In this document: positions 62,102-64,000 of the stretch, one piece after another
How the letters are laid out: each line of letters opens with the position of its first letter
How positions within the stretch are numbered: the stretch's first letter is position 1
NCBI GenBank assembly: GCA_027623195.1
Contig: JAQBUT010000011.1
Location: 1-64,000, forward strand
Length of the DNA stretch: 64,000 bases
Source of the DNA: Chloroflexota bacterium
GTDB taxonomy: Bacteria > Chloroflexota > Dehalococcoidia > Lucifugimonadales > JADFKI01
Direction of reading: 5' to 3'
Position numbers and translations under genes: made by a program
The notes under the pieces: model-generated
The model's database searches: none
The model's input: the letters and a program-made list of their open reading frames with translations, nothing else
What the model was told of the DNA's origin: nothing

Positions 62102-62989
62102 CTATACGGGCATTTCCCGCTTCGTGTGCGCCCTGCCGATCTTGGCTGCCTCTTCGTTGTTTCCTGCGATTACCATGACACCTTCGTCGATCATATCAGT
62201 CACGTCGGCTGGAGTGACCGAGTTGAGGAAGAACAGGCCAGCTTTTTCGCACGCGGACTTGATGCGATTACGGGCCGCCGTAAGCTCAGGAGGCATCTGG
62301 TCCTTGGGTGGTAGGTGCTTGTAGCCGTGCACCAGACTCATGTCGCCGGGACCCCATTCCGCGAAGGCAATGCCTGGAATTTGCGTGCTCAACTCCACGT
62401 TGGACAGCGCTCGCTTGTTCTCGATCTTGAGGCCCAAGAGCATCTCGCCATTGGGATTTAGCGGCCATGGGTCTGCCTTGTCCAGGTAATCGTCGCCTGA
62501 AATGCCCCAGACTTCGCCAGCCTGGTTTTGCCCGCCAGCGCCGCGATGACCCTCGCCCAGGTTTTGGTCTACGCCGATCTTGTTGATGGGGTATCGGCAA
62601 GACTCAACAAACGCTCGGACCGCTCCGGGATTCTCCGCGTGGCAAAGGAGGATTCCATGCACGCCCCTGGAAAGGATCTGCCGGAACTGCCACGCATTTG
62701 CCCTGACAACCTCAGCGCTACCGCCGTCGACAGGAACTTCCACGATTACAGCGGGAGTGCGGTGGCCGCTGTTGGTGGGCCCACCGTCGATTAGGCCTCG
62801 CATGAACTGGTCTAGCCCGGCCATGTCGAAGGCGCCATGCTCCATACCAACGTTGATATAGTCGGCCCACGTTTTGGACATCTTAAGGCCCTCTTCGTAG
62901 TTCAGCACCGCCCCCGAATGCGCCCCGGTGTAATAGATAGGCTGGCCCTGTTCCAGAAGTTCGATCATCTTGTTTATTCTTTTTGGCAT
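62102..62989 (-). CDS. HpcH/HpaI aldolase / citrate lyase family protein
   Basis: MEHG, G.RG, KIE, GPGDMSL; start ATG 62989. Confidence 0.82.
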   Translation of the reverse strand: MPKRINKMIELLEQGQPIYYTGAHSGAVLNYEEGLKMSKTWADYINVGMEHGAFDMAGLDQFMRGLIDGGPTNSGHRTPAVIVEVPVDGGSAEVVRANAWQFRQILSRGVHGILLCHAENPGAVRAFVESCRYPINKIGVDQNLGEGHRGAGGQNQAGEVWGISGDDYLDKADPWPLNPNGEMLLGLKIENKRALSNVELSTQIPGIAFAEWGPGDMSLVHGYKHLPPKDQMPPELTAARNRIKSACEKAGLFFLNSVTPADVTDMIDEGVMVIAGNNEEAAKIGRAHTKREMPV

Positions 62990-63073
62990 ATTATTTCCTC
63001 TCGGCTTTTCGTCATTCCTTTGTTCGGGGAGTTTACCCCAATTCCGATTTGACGCCAACTGTCTCGCCGAAGT

Positions 63074-63577
63074 TCAGCGGGCCGGTACGACCTCGCGGAT
63101 TTCCACGGTTACGTCGCCCGCGTCCAGCGTCAGTATGGCAATAGTCGCCGGCACCATAAAGGACGCGTAGGCCTGGCCTGGATTTACGAACAGCACGCCG
63201 TCTTTGGTCTCGTTTACTGGCACATGCAGGTGGCCGTAGAGGATGATGTCTACCGGCTCAGGGAAATCTGGGAGCAGCGCCTCGGGCTCGAATTCGGGGC
63301 CGCCCCAGGCCGGGTGTATCACCCCGACGCGCTTGCCCTCCACTTCGATTACCTCCACGTAAGGGATGGCGTTGCGCAGGTTCACAGGGTCCGTGTTGCC
63401 ATGCACTACCACGGAGCGTTTGGCCTCCTGCTTGAAGCCTTCGACCACGTCCATTCGGACGAAGTCCCCGCAGTGGACGGCGATATCAGCCTCAGCGACG
63501 GCCTGTCGAATATCCGGATGCACTTCGTCCCATTTGTGGAAGTGGGTATCGGAGATGACTACTATTTTAGTGCTCAT
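63074..63577 (-). CDS. YfcE-like metallophosphoesterase
   Basis: ISDTH, HCGD, GNTD, GHLH, NPG. Confidence 0.9.
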   Translation of the reverse strand: MSTKIVVISDTHFHKWDEVHPDIRQAVAEADIAVHCGDFVRMDVVEGFKQEAKRSVVVHGNTDPVNLRNAIPYVEVIEVEGKRVGVIHPAWGGPEFEPEALLPDFPEPVDIILYGHLHVPVNETKDGVLFVNPGQAYASFMVPATIAILTLDAGDVTVEIREVVPAR

Positions 63578-63743
63578 GCAGCGCGGATTTTAGCATACGT
63601 TGACCTATGATTCGCCGCCGGGCGAAGCCGATTTAAATATATGTCCTTCGTTTCTGTAATCGGTCTACTTGAGGGATTGACCTTTGTGCTACAATGCCGC
63701 CGTTAATTTATGGATATTTGGGCCATTGCGTCGGAGGCTGTTG

Positions 63744-64000
63744 ATGTTTTCTAAAGGTTCTGTGAAGGTAGACGGACCCCTGAAGGGCGTTAAAGTCCTG
63801 GACTGGACCGTGTGGCAGTTTGGGCCTGTTTCTACTGCCATGATGGCAGACATGGGCGCGGATGTCATCAAAATAGAGTCGCTGGACGGCGACTCGGGCC
63901 GGGGGCTGTGGAGGGCGTCCAGCCTGACCATGGACCTTGGTGGCGGACGCAACGCCTACTTTGAGACGACAAACCGCGGCAAGCGCGGTATGGCAATAAA
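63744..64000 (+). CDS. CoA-transferase family III (CaiB/BaiF), 5' partial
   Basis: SD GGAGG, ATG 63744; PLKGVKVLDWT..QFGP....MADMGADVIKIE...NRGKR; runs off the window end, so absent from the ORF track. Confidence 0.9.
   Translation, partial: MFSKGSVKVDGPLKGVKVLDWTVWQFGPVSTAMMADMGADVIKIESLDGDSGRGLWRASSLTMDLGGGRNAYFETTNRGKRGMAI

Overview
A gene-dense bacterial chromosomal segment with mostly housekeeping genes. The gene content and style suggest Chloroflexota, probably Dehalococcoidia/SAR202-like (inference from the LLM monooxygenase, CoA-transferase III, HpcH aldolase, trmI, split gcvPA/PB and a T-box; not proven). It carries ftsH, gcvT-H-PA-PB, citrate synthase, rex, the full F1Fo atp operon, pyrF, modABC, nusA-ylxR-infB-rbfA-truB, rplU-rpmA-rpmE, hisHAF(IE), hsp20 / dnaJ-like / hspR-like, a moeB-like gene, otsA, gdhA, coaX-coaBC and a Trp T-box-controlled trpS-trpEGDCF operon. 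I found no rRNA, tRNA, CRISPR array or transposase. Five signals are missed or misread by the ORF track. (1) A Cys-rich leader peptide (MICKASCLCCSTKYQVV) with attenuator-like hairpins and a terminator lies upstream of the moeB/thiF-like gene, a candidate cysteine-sensing transcription attenuator. (2) An AhpE-like peroxiredoxin directly behind the glycine-cleavage genes has an in-frame UGA at its catalytic position and a SECIS-like hairpin. (3) Rex boxes overlap the atp-operon promoter and the rex promoter. (4) HisA is fused in frame to a methyltransferase that keeps its own start site. (5) An AT-richer pair of orphan ORFs and REP-like palindromes are present.
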